From Eledone cirrhosa (lineage: Eukaryota): a stretch of 64,000 bases of DNA. Shown one piece after another: positions 11,760 to 25,225 of the stretch (the stretch's first letter is position 1; the number at the start of each line of letters is the position of its first letter). Location: NCBI GenBank assembly GCA_964016885.1, contig OZ024749.1, forward strand, positions 28,086,001 through 28,150,000, written 5' to 3'. Under the pieces are notes generated by a model. It was not told the DNA's origin. It was given only the letters and a program-made list of their open reading frames with translations, and did no database searches. A program made the position numbers and the translations under genes.

Positions 11760-13530
11760 AGGGCTGTGGATTGGCAGAATCCGTAGAGTGTTGGACAACA
11801 TGCTTTGCAGCATAAGGTTATGTCTTTTTATGTTTTGAGTTCAAATCCCTGCTGCTGAGGTTAGCTTTGCCTTTCATCCTTACAGGGTTGATAAAATAAA
11901 GCACCAGTAATGCACTGGGGTCGATTTAATTGACTTTCCTTTCACCCAAAATTGTTGGCCTTATGCCTGAACAAGAAACCATTATTATCATTATTAAGGG
12001 CGGTGAATTGGCAGTATCGGTAGAGGGTTGGACGCCATGTTTTGACGCATAGAGTTATGACCCTTGCCATTCTGAATTCAAATCTCGCCGAGGTTAACTT
12101 TGCCTTTCATCCTTATGGGGTCGATAAAATAAAGTACCAGTAATACACTGGGTAATTGCTGGCCTTGTGAAACAATTATTATCATTATTAATAAGGGAGG
12201 ATCAGCAGATTTTTTAACAAAAGCCTCGTGGCATTTGTTTGAGTTCTTTACATTCTGAGTCCAAATTTCACCACAGTCAACTTTGTCTTTCATTCCTCTG
12301 GAGTCAATAAAATAAAATGCCAGTATTGAAATAACCTTTCTTCAAATAACTTCACTCTATTTTCAAAGGAACATTAGATAACTATGCCTGGTATTGAAAT
12401 GTTTCTTTGAACACCTAGTCCCCTTAAATAGCCCTGTCCATGTTTGATGTACTTCCATGTACTTCCCTGACATTTGTGTATTATTCTATGTACTATATTG
12501 ACGAGTTGTAGTGCACCTGAGCACTTTACACAATAATTTCATTATATATATTCAAAAGACACACAACACTACAGTAACATTGACATAACAATGATATCAC
12601 AGACAGGGGTAGATAAAAATATTGAGTGTATATAGGATATTAGAAATACAAAGTGTATATAAGTTATTAGAAATAGAGGGTGTATATAGGATATTAGAAT
12701 ATAGAATGTATATAGGATATTAGAAGTATAAGGTGTATATAGGATATTGGAAATACAGGGTGTATATAAGATATTGGAAGTATAGAGTGTATATGATATT
12801 AGAATACAGGGTGTATAAAGGATTTAAGAAATACAGGGTGTATGTAGGATATTAGAAATAGAGGATGTATCATCATTATCATCATCATCATCGTTTAACG
12901 TCCATCTTCCACGCTAGTATAGGTTATTAAAAATATTGAGTGTATATAGGATATTAGAAGTACAGGGTGTATATAATATTAAAATATAGAGTATATATAG
13001 GATATTAGAAGTATAAGGTGTATATAGGATATGAGAAAAACAGAGTGTATATAGGATATTAGAAAAATAGAGTGTATATAATATTAACAAAAATGTATTA
13101 TTTAGTCTCAATATAAGGGCAGTGGAGTGAAATAGAGTTACGGCCCTTTACATTCTGAGTTCAAATCCTGCCGAAGTCTGTTTTGCTTTTCACCCTTACG
13201 GGGTCGATAAAATGAAGTACCAGTAACACACAGTATTTGATTTAATTAACATTCCACTGCCCCCAAAATTGTTGGCCTTGTGCCTAAACCAAACCATTTT
13301 TATTAAGAGACGGAGTATTGACAGTATTGGTAGAATATTGGACAACGTGCTTTGTGGCATACAGTTAAGTCCCTTTACATTCTGAGTTCAATTCCCACTG
13401 AGGTTTGTTTTGTCTTTCGCCCTTACGGGGGTCGATAAAATAAGGTACCAGTTATGCACTGGTGTCAATTTAATCGCCTTTTCCTCATCCCATTAAATTT
13501 TTGGCCTTGTGTCAAAAATAGAAACAATTA
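11760..13530 (+). mobile_element. Meta-domain-like SINE cluster (11760-11985, 11998-12180, 12195-12325, 13115-13300, 13308-13530)
   Basis: Same A/B boxes and core as the copy at 174-365; variable divergence. Confidence 0.8.
12620..13085. repeat. ~26-27 bp minisatellite
   Basis: Unit tataggatattagaaatacagggtgta repeated, interrupted by a short RTE-type tail near 12870-12915. Confidence 0.85.
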
Positions 13531-13804
13531 TTTAGTGTCAATATCAAAAGCTAATAATACAAGCGAGTTAACAACAACCTTGTAACCACAACAATAACAA
13601 CAACAACAATAACATGAGCAAATTACAGAGTTTGGTGGTTTAAACCGTTAAACACTTAACAACCCCATTATTATGTTAAACATACTTCTACAGAAAGTCT
13701 GGACTTACCTATAAATAATCTATAACTTAGGGCCACACAACCCCAGGGGCCTCATTTAAAAAAATATATTTTAATTTTATTATTAGTTTTTATTCTTTAA
13801 TACA

Positions 13805-13845
<41 letters not shown>

Positions 13846-13896
13846 CCTCATACATATTATATATGTTATGATACCTTAACTTAGTATATATGTTTC

Positions 13897-13934
<38 letters not shown>

Positions 13935-13945
13935 GTATATATGTG

Positions 13946-13976
<31 letters not shown>

Positions 13977-14103
13977 ATATATATATATGTATATATGTGT
14001 ATATATATATATATATGTGTGTGTATATATATATATATGTATATATATGTATATATGTGTATATATATATATATATATGTGTGTGTATATATATGTATAT
14101 ATG

Positions 14104-14134
<31 letters not shown>

Positions 14135-14163
14135 GTGTGTATATATATATATATGTGTGTGTG

Positions 14164-14194
<31 letters not shown>

Positions 14195-14197
14195 ATC

Positions 14198-14578
14198 ATA
14201 ATCATCATTTTACGTCCACTTTTCCCTGCTTGCAAGGGTGGGACGGGAACTGATTCTGGCTTGATTTCTACAGCTGGATGCCCTTCCTAACACCAACCTC
14301 ATTTACAGTGAGTACTGGGTGCTTTTTTTTCCGTGGCGCCTACACGTCCACTTTACAGTGTGGGCTGGGTGCTTTTTTGCCGTGGCACCTCCACGACCAC
14401 TTCGCAGTGGAATGATAGGGACCCCAGTCCTATCATCTCATTTCTACAGCTGAGTAAACTGGAGCAATGTGAAATAAAATGTCTTGCTCAAGGAAACAAC
14501 ACATCACTCGGTCTGAGAATTGAACTCACAACCTTTCGATTGCAAGGCCAATACTCTAACCACTAAGTCATGTGCATG
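14198..14578 (-). mobile_element. tRNA-derived SINE family 2 with RTE-derived tail
   Basis: Head (tgac/tggc)ttagtggttagag...gtgagttcaattctc, core ccttgagcaagaca, then sequence shared with the RTE 3' ends and a (GAT)n tail. Confidence 0.85.
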
Positions 14579-15139
14579 TATGTATGTGTATATATATATT
14601 TTAAACATATACTAAGTTAAGGTATCATAACATATATAATATGTATGATGATTATGTTTCTTAATAGAAATTTAAAATTTTTATTTGAATTATATATATA
14701 TATATCATCATCATCGTCATTACTGTTTAATGTCCATTTTTCTATGCTAGCATGGGCTAGTCGAGTTATCCTATTGTGAGCAATGCCAGGTTAGGTGACC
14801 ATGTCTTGCTCATACAGAACTGAAGTATATAGGTAATCTCTGTGAATAGAGTGAACGCGGGAATCATTAAACTCAGACTAGCTACAATCTACAATCATAT
14901 CCGCATTATCCGCCAAGGTTAACTTTGCCTTTCATCCTTACGGGGTCGATAAAATAAAGTACCAGTAATGTACTAGGGTAATTGCTGGCCTTGTGCCAAA
15001 AGTAAAAACAATTATATATATCTATATCTATATATATATATTTATGTTTGCATGCGTGTGTAATTTATTCTTTATCATTAATATTAATATAAATTTTTTG
15101 AGAGAACTTTTTTAGAGAAGGGCCTCAAATTTCATATAG

Positions 15140-15315
15140 TTTAGGGTGGGCATGGGAAACATTTTTTGAGTAGTGGGCCACATAGGATGTGGCTCATCAT
15201 AAGATGGGCCACACTACTAAAAAATTCAAGGCAATTTTAAAATTAGGCTTGCCATTCAGAAAGCCAAATGGGCCACATGTGGCTCGCGGGCCACAGTTTG
15301 CCCATGACTGGTTTA
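15140..15315. mobile_element. hAT-like MITE remnant
   Basis: Right end reads cagtcatgggcaaactgtggcccgcgagccacatgtggccc on the minus strand, typical of hAT/Charlie termini; the left end is degenerate. Confidence 0.5.
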
Positions 15316-17247
15316 GGGCTTCAGCAGTTGAAAGTCTAGTCCTTTTCTACAGCAATGGTTACCAAACTTATTTTATTGTGGTACCCTACACCTATATTTT
15401 CACAACCACCCTCAAATTTTAACAAAATATTAATTCAATGAAGAAAAAATAGTTTTATAAAAAAATTTATTAAAAAAAAAATATATATAACAAATTTTTA
15501 TTAAAATACATCTCCATTGAGTTTAATTTTGCCTTTCACCTTCATCCATTTGAGGTTGATAAATACACTCATACCAGTTCCCTACTGGGGTTGATAGCTC
15601 TCTCTCTATATATAATTCTTTCTCTGTTTCACACAGATGGACACACATACACAGTCTCTCTCTATTTCGCTCCTATATAGACAAACACACACATTCTCTC
15701 TCTCTCTCACATACACACATTCTCTCTTTCTCTCCCACACACTTGTTCACACACACACACACTCTCTCTGTCTCTTTCAAGCACACACATACACATATTC
15801 ACTCTCTCTTTTACACAAATGGACACACATACACCCCTCTCTCTCTCTCCCCCTTTCTCTTCTATTGGAAGAAATCAGCTCCAGTCAGACCTGTTGTGGA
15901 ATGTCCTCCAGACCTGTTGTGGAATGTCCTCCACCATTCCATTGATCAATGACCAAGCAACTGGAACATTCATTGTTGAAATCCACAAAGATATAATTAT
16001 TAATTACCTGTAACACCTGATGACCTAATTATTAGCCTGATGAGCCTCCAGGTGTGGGACAGACTTTAAACTTTATTTTACAGTTTTGTCTTTATTCTTT
16101 TTTTTTTTTTTATTTCTATTGCTTCTCAACTTAAATAAGATAAATATGCTGTGTGCAGGTGGGGAATTGGCAGAGTCGTTAGGATGTCGATAGAATGTTT
16201 TGTGGTGTTAGTTCCAGCGCTTTGCTCTCTGAGTTCAAATCCCATTAAGGTCAACTTGACCTTTCATCAATTCAAGATCGATAAAAAAAGTACCAGTCAA
16301 GTACTGATATTGATTCTTCCTCTATATCTCTTTTTCATATACATTCTCTCACTCTCTCTATCTTTCTCTGGAAAACATCTACTGTATTCAGACCTGGAGA
16401 GGAGATGGGCTCTGCCAGGTTTTTTAAAAATGGCCCCAAAACGCTGTATGTCAATATGGTACTCCTGTAACTTCCCCAGGTGCTATGGGACCATGCAATG
16501 TCGTGGACAGATTGAAATGTTGTCGATCTTGCCAAGTCCAAGATTCTTTTGAGAAAATGTATGTATGTGTAAATGTATGAACCAATAATTCCTGGCAGAG
16601 TTGTAGGGCTGCCATAGCCTCATACAACATTTTTGGGGTACTTTTGAAACCTGACAGAGTCCATCCCCTCTCCAGGTTTGAACACAGTCTATTTCCTCCA
16701 GAGATTCATAGCAAGAGAAGTGAGGAAGAAATATTGAAGAAGAAACAAACCCAGAATTTCACTGGTGAATTTTTATTAACCTCAAAAGGATCAAAAAGCA
16801 GAGTTGACTTTGATGGGATTTGAACACAGAGCTGGAAGGAATACCGGAGAGTATACTCCGATGTTCTAACAACATTAATTCCGGTCTAAGAGACGGCAGC
16901 ATTGTCATCACACCAATGCTGTAACTAGTTTATAATAAATTGCTAAGTTATGATATATCACTAATTTATAATACATTACTAAGTTATAATACATTACTAA
17001 GTTATAATATATTACTAGGTTATAATACATTATTAAATTATAATACATTACTAGGTTAAAATAATACACTGCTAGGTCATGAGCCATGGTGGATAATTAG
17101 GTGAATCGCAGATTACTAAGTGCTGACTATTGTCAGTTAAATAAGTCACCACTGTTAGGAAAATACTTTCTCAGCTTACCACTAGTCTTAGCTAACCCTC
17201 ACCTAAATCTTTGTTACACAACTTTAAGTCCAGAAGCAATAGAATTA

Positions 17248-17462
17248 ATGATTTCTACTTTAGGCACAAGGCTAGCAATTTGAAGGGGTTGGAAAGTCGA
17301 TTAAATCAACTCTAGTGTTTATTGGTACTTTATTTTATTGACCCCATAAGGATGAAAGGCAAAGCTAATCTTAGTGGGATTTAAACTCAGAATGTAAAGG
17401 GCCGTAATTCTATGCTGTAAAGCATGGTGTCTGATGCTCTACCGATAGTGCCAATCCACCAC
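17248..17462 (-). mobile_element. Meta-domain-like SINE (long-tail subfamily)
   Basis: Core plus the extra gtcgattaaatcaac segment. Confidence 0.8.
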
Positions 17463-17497
17463 AAAATAATGCAGTGTTTTTATACATCTATCCAGGG

Positions 17498-17535
<38 letters not shown>

Positions 17536-17651
17536 CTTTATTAGCCGCAGGGGCACAAAAGAAGGGGACAAATACAAAGGAGGAAGTTTACATACAATAA
17601 AAACATGTAAAATACTATCACAAATGCAATTTAAAAATTAATCGATTTTCC

Positions 17652-17685
<34 letters not shown>

Positions 17686-18109
17686 TGTTGATTAAGTTGT
17701 TGTCTTATGACCTCGCAGGATCTAAGACTCTGTCAATTTGGGGATGGTGGCAGAGGGTTTAACCTGAAGAGGTGTGAAGGCCTAAAATGCCAAAGCAGAG
17801 TTGCAATATCTGAAAGCTTAGGGACCAGGCCATGGGTTAACAGAGTCCAGTTGCTATTGCTAACCCTAACATTTACTATATAACTTTAAGTTCATAAGCA
17901 ATAAAATAAAAGGTTAAAGTCTGCCACAAGCCTGGATGTTCATCAGCTGGTGCTTATCCCAGTTTCATTGATGTTAAGTAACTAAAAGTAGAAGACTCCC
18001 TTCCTTCTATCCTGTACAGGATGCCTGTCCATTGCAGAGTTACTGTATATAAGTTGAGGAATATGTGACCAAAAAACATCAATGGTAAAATGGGATAAAT
18101 ATAGTAAAG

Positions 18110-18620
18110 GTTAAGAGATAGTGGTACTAGGACTAGATACAGTCAGTCAATGTTAAGAGATACTGGTACTAGGACTAAATACTGTCAGTCAATATTAACA
18201 GATACTGGTACTAGGACTAAATACTGTCAGTCAATTTAACAGATACTGGTACTAGGACTAAATACAATCAATGTTAACAGATACTGGTACTAGGACTAAA
18301 TACTGTCAGTTAATATTAACAGATACTGGTACTAGGACTAAATACAGTCAATGTTAACATATACTGGTACTAGGACTAAATACTGTCAGTCAATTTAACA
18401 GATACTGGTACTAGGACTAAATACAATCAATGTTAACAGATACTGGTACTAGGACTAAATACTGTCAGTTAATATTAACAGATACTGGTACGAGGACTAA
18501 ATGCAGTCAATGTTAACAGATATTGGTACTAGGTCTAAATATAGTCAATGATAACAGACACTGGTACTAGGACTATATACAACCAGACAATGTTAATAGA
18601 TACTGGTACTAGGACCAACA
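18110..18620. repeat. ~38-42 bp minisatellite, about 12 copies
   Basis: Unit agatactggtactaggactaaatac(tgtc)agtcaatgttaac. Confidence 0.92.
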
Positions 18621-19165
18621 AATCAATGGTAAAATAAGAAGTTAGCCATCTAAACAATGTGCTGATTAACTGAATTGATTTTTAAATGGGGTTTGGATTT
18701 TCACCTATTTCTCAGGCAAAATACAGAGGGTATGGTTGATAGTCAGATCAGCTCATATTTTAGTATATACGGTAATTCCCCAGCTACTACAGGTACACAT
18801 GTACTCATATTCACAACAATACTTTACATACAGCTATCAATAAACCTCACCATGCCAACTCTTACTACATAACTTGAGATTCAAAAGCAATAGAAAATAT
18901 TGCAGTGTTTTTATTATACAACACTGACCCTCCCCATTCTTTATATACCACATAACTTCAAGTTCAAAAGCAATAGAAATAATGAAATGTTTTATATAAC
19001 TATCCCTAACTCCCTCCCATCTTATTCTTATCACATAACTTGAAGTTCAGAAGTAACAATAAATAAATCTTATTGAAATATTTTCAACTTATTGTTCATA
19101 TTTATTTGGATGTCTTCCATCCATTGTCATATATATATATATATGTGTGTGTATATATATATATA

Positions 19166-19209
<44 letters not shown>

Positions 19210-19251
19210 TGTATATATATATATATATGTGTGTGTGTGTATATATATATG

Positions 19252-19324
<73 letters not shown>

Positions 19325-19808
19325 ATATATATACATACATACATACATACATACATATACACACACATAGAGGTTAGTAAATTCTTGCCTGTGAAATGTA
19401 ACTGACAACTGTATAATTATTTTCTTCTCCACGATTTTACTTCCGGCCAAATTTCACAATTAAACTGTTTCCTCTTCCTCTTCTTCTTCTTCTTCTTCTT
19501 CTTCAATACACACACCTTACTGCTCTCTTTCTCTTTTCTGTTTCATACTTTTTTTTTTCACCTTTTGAAATCGTTTGACAAAACTATTTTGCGCTAAAAC
19601 CCCTCAACCCCCCAAACCCACATATACATTACATCTTTTACACATACACACACCACATACACACATTCACATACACACATCATACAGATAACATATATAG
19701 ATGCATTCTCTTTTTCTACACCCTTCTACACTCCCCTTCCCCCTCCACTATACACATCACATTCTTTTACCCCTTCCTTACATAACACTCACCTGTTCAA
19801 CTCTCATG

Positions 19809-19840
<32 letters not shown>

Positions 19841-20209
19841 ATATATATATTATGTGTGTATGTGTGTGAGCATGTATGAATGTATGTCTCTGTGTATGTA
19901 TATATATGTATGTATATATGTATTTGTATGTATATATATATGTATATATATACATATATATATTTGTATATATATATTTGTGTATATATATATATGTATA
20001 TATATATATACACATATATATGTTTATATATATATAAGTATATATGTATGTACATATATATATATATATATATATATAAATATATATATGTATATATATT
20101 ACACTAAACATTCACACACATCACACCTGCCCTTTCATCTTATTTGCCTTTGCCTTTGTCTTTTTCTCATTCTCTTCTTTCCCCACACACATAGAAAATA
20201 TTTTCCTCC

Positions 20210-20257
<48 letters not shown>

Positions 20258-20585
20258 TCGATATATATGCATATAAATACATATATATATATATATAAAA
20301 AGGAGTTGACAGTAGGTCACATGAATTCAGGAATATGAAATATTTAGCAATTGCTGTGTAAAAGGATGGGACGAGCCTCTTGCCGTTTGTCTGGAGGGCT
20401 GAACTGTGACTGTTGGTATGTTGGGGGTGTTAAGGGTGTCTGAATGCAGGTGGGGGTGGGGGATGGCATTTATCTTTCTATTAACCACCATCTACATTAT
20501 ATCATCAGTGTGTCTATGATACACACAGCATACATATACATGCATTTACACACATCTTTATAAATACATGTATACTTGCACGTAC

Positions 20586-20674
<89 letters not shown>

Positions 20675-20677
<3 letters not shown>

Positions 20678-21825
20678 TACTTTGGGAGGGTCATGCTGCC
20701 AATAAAAACACACGCATCTGTTGGTTTTCACTTCAATTTATTATAAATTTCCAGTTGGTTTGCTGGTTGGTTTGATAACCGGAAGGTTGTTTATATATTG
20801 TCAAAGAGCTTTCGTCACACATTCTGTGACCTCCTCAGTGACTAGGTTTTTATTTTGTGTGTCTCTCCTTTGTTCTGTCCTACATCGTCTTGTTGTTGTG
20901 TGTTGTGTGCTTAGTTTGTGCATGCGTTACATCCGGGTGTGTGTACATGTGTTTTTATTTATTTATTTGTGTTTATTTATTTGTCATTAGTTGGTTGTTT
21001 GTTCTATCTGTGTGTGTCTGATTTGTTTTGCTAGTTTGGTTTTTGTGTGTGTCTGTATGTCTTCATTTTGTCCTTAATTACTAGTTGTGATGTTGCTATT
21101 CCACTTGTGGTTTCTGTTTAATTTATTGTTTGTTTATATTTGTTACCTGTAATTTGTCTGAGCATAGCATTTTTTCTGTGTGTGGATATAATTTTTATCT
21201 CTATGTTCTCTAATGTGCCTCTATGTTCTAATTTGGCATGTTGGTGAAGTACTGATGAGTTTTTCCCATCCTGGATTTCTCGCCAGTGTTCACTTATCCT
21301 TTCTCCTATGCTATGGACTGTTTCACCTATGTATGTTATATTCTTATTCCTATACTGTCTCGCAGTAAATCTTATGCTATATACTACGTTCCTAGTTTTG
21401 AAGTTAAATTGTGGGTTTAGCTTGCAGACTATGCATTTCCTATCAGCACATGGGGATCTTTGAAATGGGTATGTTTTGCTAATTAGGATTTTTATGGGAA
21501 TACCTGGTCTTTCAACTATCTTAATATTTAATTTGAGCTTGTCTAGGGCCCTTCTAAATCTATAAGCTAGTTCACCTCTAGGGGTTGTATTGACGAACAT
21601 TACACTCTGATATTTATTGCTATCATACGATGAGTTTATTTTATTTGCCTTATTCCAAATTCTTTCTATTCTGTTCCAAAATGTGTTCCTATTCATGGGG
21701 CAAGTTCCATTTGCATCATTTTCTACAATCCTTCACCATTTGGTATATATTCCTTTATATACCTTGATCCCGTCTCTCTGAATGTAGCCAGAGAACTACA
21801 TGCAGTGGATGAAGTGTTGTATGAA
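20675..21825 (-). mobile_element. Decayed Penelope-like element 3' part (GIY-YIG ORF 21118-21696) with pseudo-LTR and hammerhead at 20800-20842
   Basis: SVMFVNTTPRGEL, CxxxxCxxC, NVVY...YIGET, homologous to ORF 33546. Minus strand gtca-CTGAGGA-g-gtcaca/tgtgac-GAAAgctcTT-tgac. Terminus tgaccctcccaaagtataa abuts (TA)n. Confidence 0.85.
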
Positions 21826-22093
21826 TAGAAAGAATTTTATCTATCTTGCTATGGACTCTAAAATCATATTTGAGCTTTAAAATATTTTTTTGCCTTTATA
21901 TGGCTGTAATATCAACTAAACTAGTGTGTGTGTATATATATATATAATCATCATCATCATCATTTAACATCCGCTTTTCCATGCTTGCAAGGGTGGGACT
22001 ATATATATATATACACACAAATAATGAATCAAAAAGTCAAATATGTTTAGAATTTTTGTGTTCCAAGCTCAATAGACTTTATCTAGAGCCATA

Positions 22094-22562
22094 ATAACCA
22101 AATGAAAAAGATATATGTATAAGAAACACAGTATATTGTATATATACCAAATACATATTCTATAGAAGAATATGTACATGGGTGGAATCATAAGAGAAAC
22201 CTTATAGTGCTATTTCATACCAGGAAAGTGTAACTCAAAATCAACCCATGTAATCGATCATCGAAAAAATCAATCAATACTCTGATGAGTACCTGTGTCT
22301 CATGTGGTTTAATCATAATCGATAGTTTGTCTTCGATGATAGATTATATTGATTGATTTTTTTCGATGATCGATTACATAGATTGATTTTGAGCTGCACT
22401 CTCTGGGTATTAAATAGCACTATAAGGTTTCTCTTATGATTCCACCCGTGTGATATTCTATAGAATATGTATTTGGTATATATACAATATACTGTGTTTC
22501 TTATACGATGTATGGCTCTTTCTTTCTCTCTCTCTATATATACATATATCTTTTTCATTTGG

Positions 22563-22565
<3 letters not shown>
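22094..22565. repeat. Imperfect inverted repeat, ~190-bp arms with a ~65-nt spacer
   Basis: 22094-22280 is the reverse complement of 22346-22565, e.g. gggtggaatcataagagaaaccttatagtgctattt / aaatagcactataaggtttctcttatgattccaccc. Confidence 0.85.
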
Positions 22566-22604
<39 letters not shown>

Positions 22605-22826
22605 ATACATTAACGGAGCCATAGACTCTCGCCGTTCCCTGTAAATAATGTGCTCAAAGGAGAGTGTGTTATATAGTTATAGAGGTATTTATTTACGCTT
22701 TAACTTATATTTTAATTATCGTGACTATACTCTGCCTTTCATAGGTTACAGATTCCATACACTGGTGGGTTTCCCCCAGTTTTATTGATAGCGCACTGTA
22801 TCTCTCTAGTGTGTTACCTTTTCAAC

Positions 22827-22885
<59 letters not shown>

Positions 22886-22996
22886 AAGGGGTAAATATCA
22901 CGTGATTAGAAGCAGCGATGGAATTTGAAAATTGAATTCAATTTTGAATTAGTAACTTAACTTCGCCGTACTTTTTACTACAGAAAATAGTATAAT

Positions 22997-23370
22997 AATT
23001 GTTTCTACTTTAGGTACAAGGCCAGCAATTACCCAGTGCATTACTAGTACTTTATTTTATCGACCTCGTAAGGATGAAAGGCAAAGTCAACCTCGGCGGG
23101 ATTTGAACTCAGATCGTAAAGGGACGTAACTATGCTGGAAAGCATGGCGTCCGACCCTCTACCGATACTGCCAATCCAAATGATTTCTACTATAGGCACA
23201 AGGCCAGCAATTTTGGGAGAGGAGACAGTCGATTATATCGACCTCAGTGCTTTACTGGTACTTTATTTTATCGACTTCGTAAGGATGAAAGGCAAAGCTA
23301 ACCTCGGAGGAATTTGAAATCAGACCGTAAAGAGCTGCAACTCTATGCTGCAAAGCATGGTGTCCGACGC
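22997..23370 (-). mobile_element. Two tandem Meta-domain-like SINEs
   Basis: A short-tail copy followed by a long-tail copy. Confidence 0.85.
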
Positions 23371-23532
23371 GAACAGAGCGTATAAATATATAGAACGGAA
23401 AAATTGGGTATCAGCTGATACCCAATTGTTTCCATTGTAAGGTTTTATACGTTTAGTTATTATTAGACCTTGTTATTTTTTATTTACTTTACTTTCATTA
23501 TTGAATACTAAACAAAAAATGCGATGAAGTTA

Positions 23533-23581
<49 letters not shown>

Positions 23582-24270
23582 GGATGATGGCCATTGAAAT
23601 ATGTATAGTGATTTCACGAAATTAAAATTTTACAGCATATCTTCCAGTCCATCCATTTATTATTGTATAGATGTGTGTGTGTGTATATATAAATATTAAA
23701 ATAACAGATTAAAGTATATATATAAGCGTCCGAAACGTTAAGACCCTCTTCCTGCTATTTCAAGAGTTAAGCTAATACATACCTTTCCTTCCATATACTG
23801 TACCGATTGTGTTGTTATTACTGTTTACGTTTTACACACACATATATAATATATATTATGATACCTTAAATTTGTGTGTGTATATATATATATATATGTT
23901 ATAGTGCATTACTTCACTATTATCTTTCGTAAGGTGAGAGTTCTACGTACAGTACAGTCCTTGATTCATCAGGTTTTTAAAACTTACGACCAAGTCAAGT
24001 TATCAGCCTTGGTCTTTTGTAATATTTATCGATGCACAGGTTGACAAATGGATGGATAACAAATTTAGCGCCTAGAGGTAAAATTTAGTTCAGAGTGCAA
24101 TTTTTGCCTTATAGTATTTATTTAGTCACCAGAATATTTTGTTGCTACGGACGAACTAAAAATAGTTGTGGTCAGATTAAAGTTTGTTTTCGTGTCTATC
24201 ACATAAATATTGATTTTACTGAACATGTATAGTTGAAAAACTATGTTCACCTAAACTTACCTCCGGAGAG

Positions 24271-24782
24271 CAGTGATCCCCAACACGGGGCGCATGCTTT
24301 ACATGGGAGTAGGCATTTGAATATTTAAGGGGGAAAATTTGAAAATGATGTTAATGAGAACAAACTTTGGCTTTTACCCCATTACTTTTACATCGAAGCA
24401 ACTTGAGTATACATTACTGTCAGAAACTCCTGTCTCACCTCCTCTACACATGTTATTGTGTATCTGGCACCACCTTATACGTCACTTTGTTTACACTTTG
24501 CAGTTGATCATCGCCGTTTTCATACCAAAAGGGGTGGGGTATAATAATTTTTGATATGTTGAGGTGGTGTATGGTGCACAAAAGTTTGGTAACCACTAAA
24601 CTATACTATATAACTGTGTTAACACATCGTTGTTTTCATACCAAAGGGGGGAATTTTCATATCAAGGGTGGGTGGGGAACTTTTTCATATCAAAGGGGAA
24701 GGGGCCCATTTTCATATCAAAAAGGGGCATAACAATTTTTGAGATGTTAGGGGCAGGGTGCAGAAAAGGTTGGGAACCACTG
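24271..24782. mobile_element. hAT-like MITE
   Basis: TIRs cagtgatccccaac / gttgggaaccactg and internal ttttcata(t/c)caaaggg repeats; no clear TSD. Confidence 0.6.
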
Positions 24783-24999
24783 TTCTATGTTGTTTGGGTT
24801 GTTAATGTACCGACCAGCAAAGGGAGATCACTCTAAATGACTAACTGATATGAATGATGTTTGTGAGGTGTGTTATGTTGTATTGGATCTCAGTTTGTTA
24901 TGACGATGATTGTTCCACTTGTTCAAAGAACGGAACTGCCTGCTCATGAAACTAATGGGAAAATGGCTTCACTGAACTCTCCATAGACGTGTGTAAACT

Positions 25000-25225
25000 T
25001 TACGTATTTCTCAGGGAGATTCAGCAGTGTTATACAGTGTATGACAAAGACAAAGCTGGCTGGCCCTTTGAATTACACATACAACTAATTTTGCTAGCTG
25101 TGTGAATTGGAGTCGCGTGAAATAATGTGCCTCGCTCAAGGGTGCAATGTGTTGCAAGGAATCGAATTCATGACCTTACGATCACGAGTTGAACACCCTT
25201 ACCACTAAGTCACATGCCTTCTCTG
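25000..25225 (-). mobile_element. Older tRNA-derived SINE related to family 2
   Basis: Minus strand gtgacttagtggtaagggtgttc...tgaattcgattcc...ccttgagcgaggcac. Confidence 0.6.

Noticed and set aside
4766-13700. Possible minus-strand microexons (4766-4780, 7748-7765, 10917-10949, ~13677-13699) with GT-AG-like borders
   Set aside because: Several acceptors are weak, the peptides are unrecognisable, and such matches are expected by chance; spliced RNA-seq reads would be needed.
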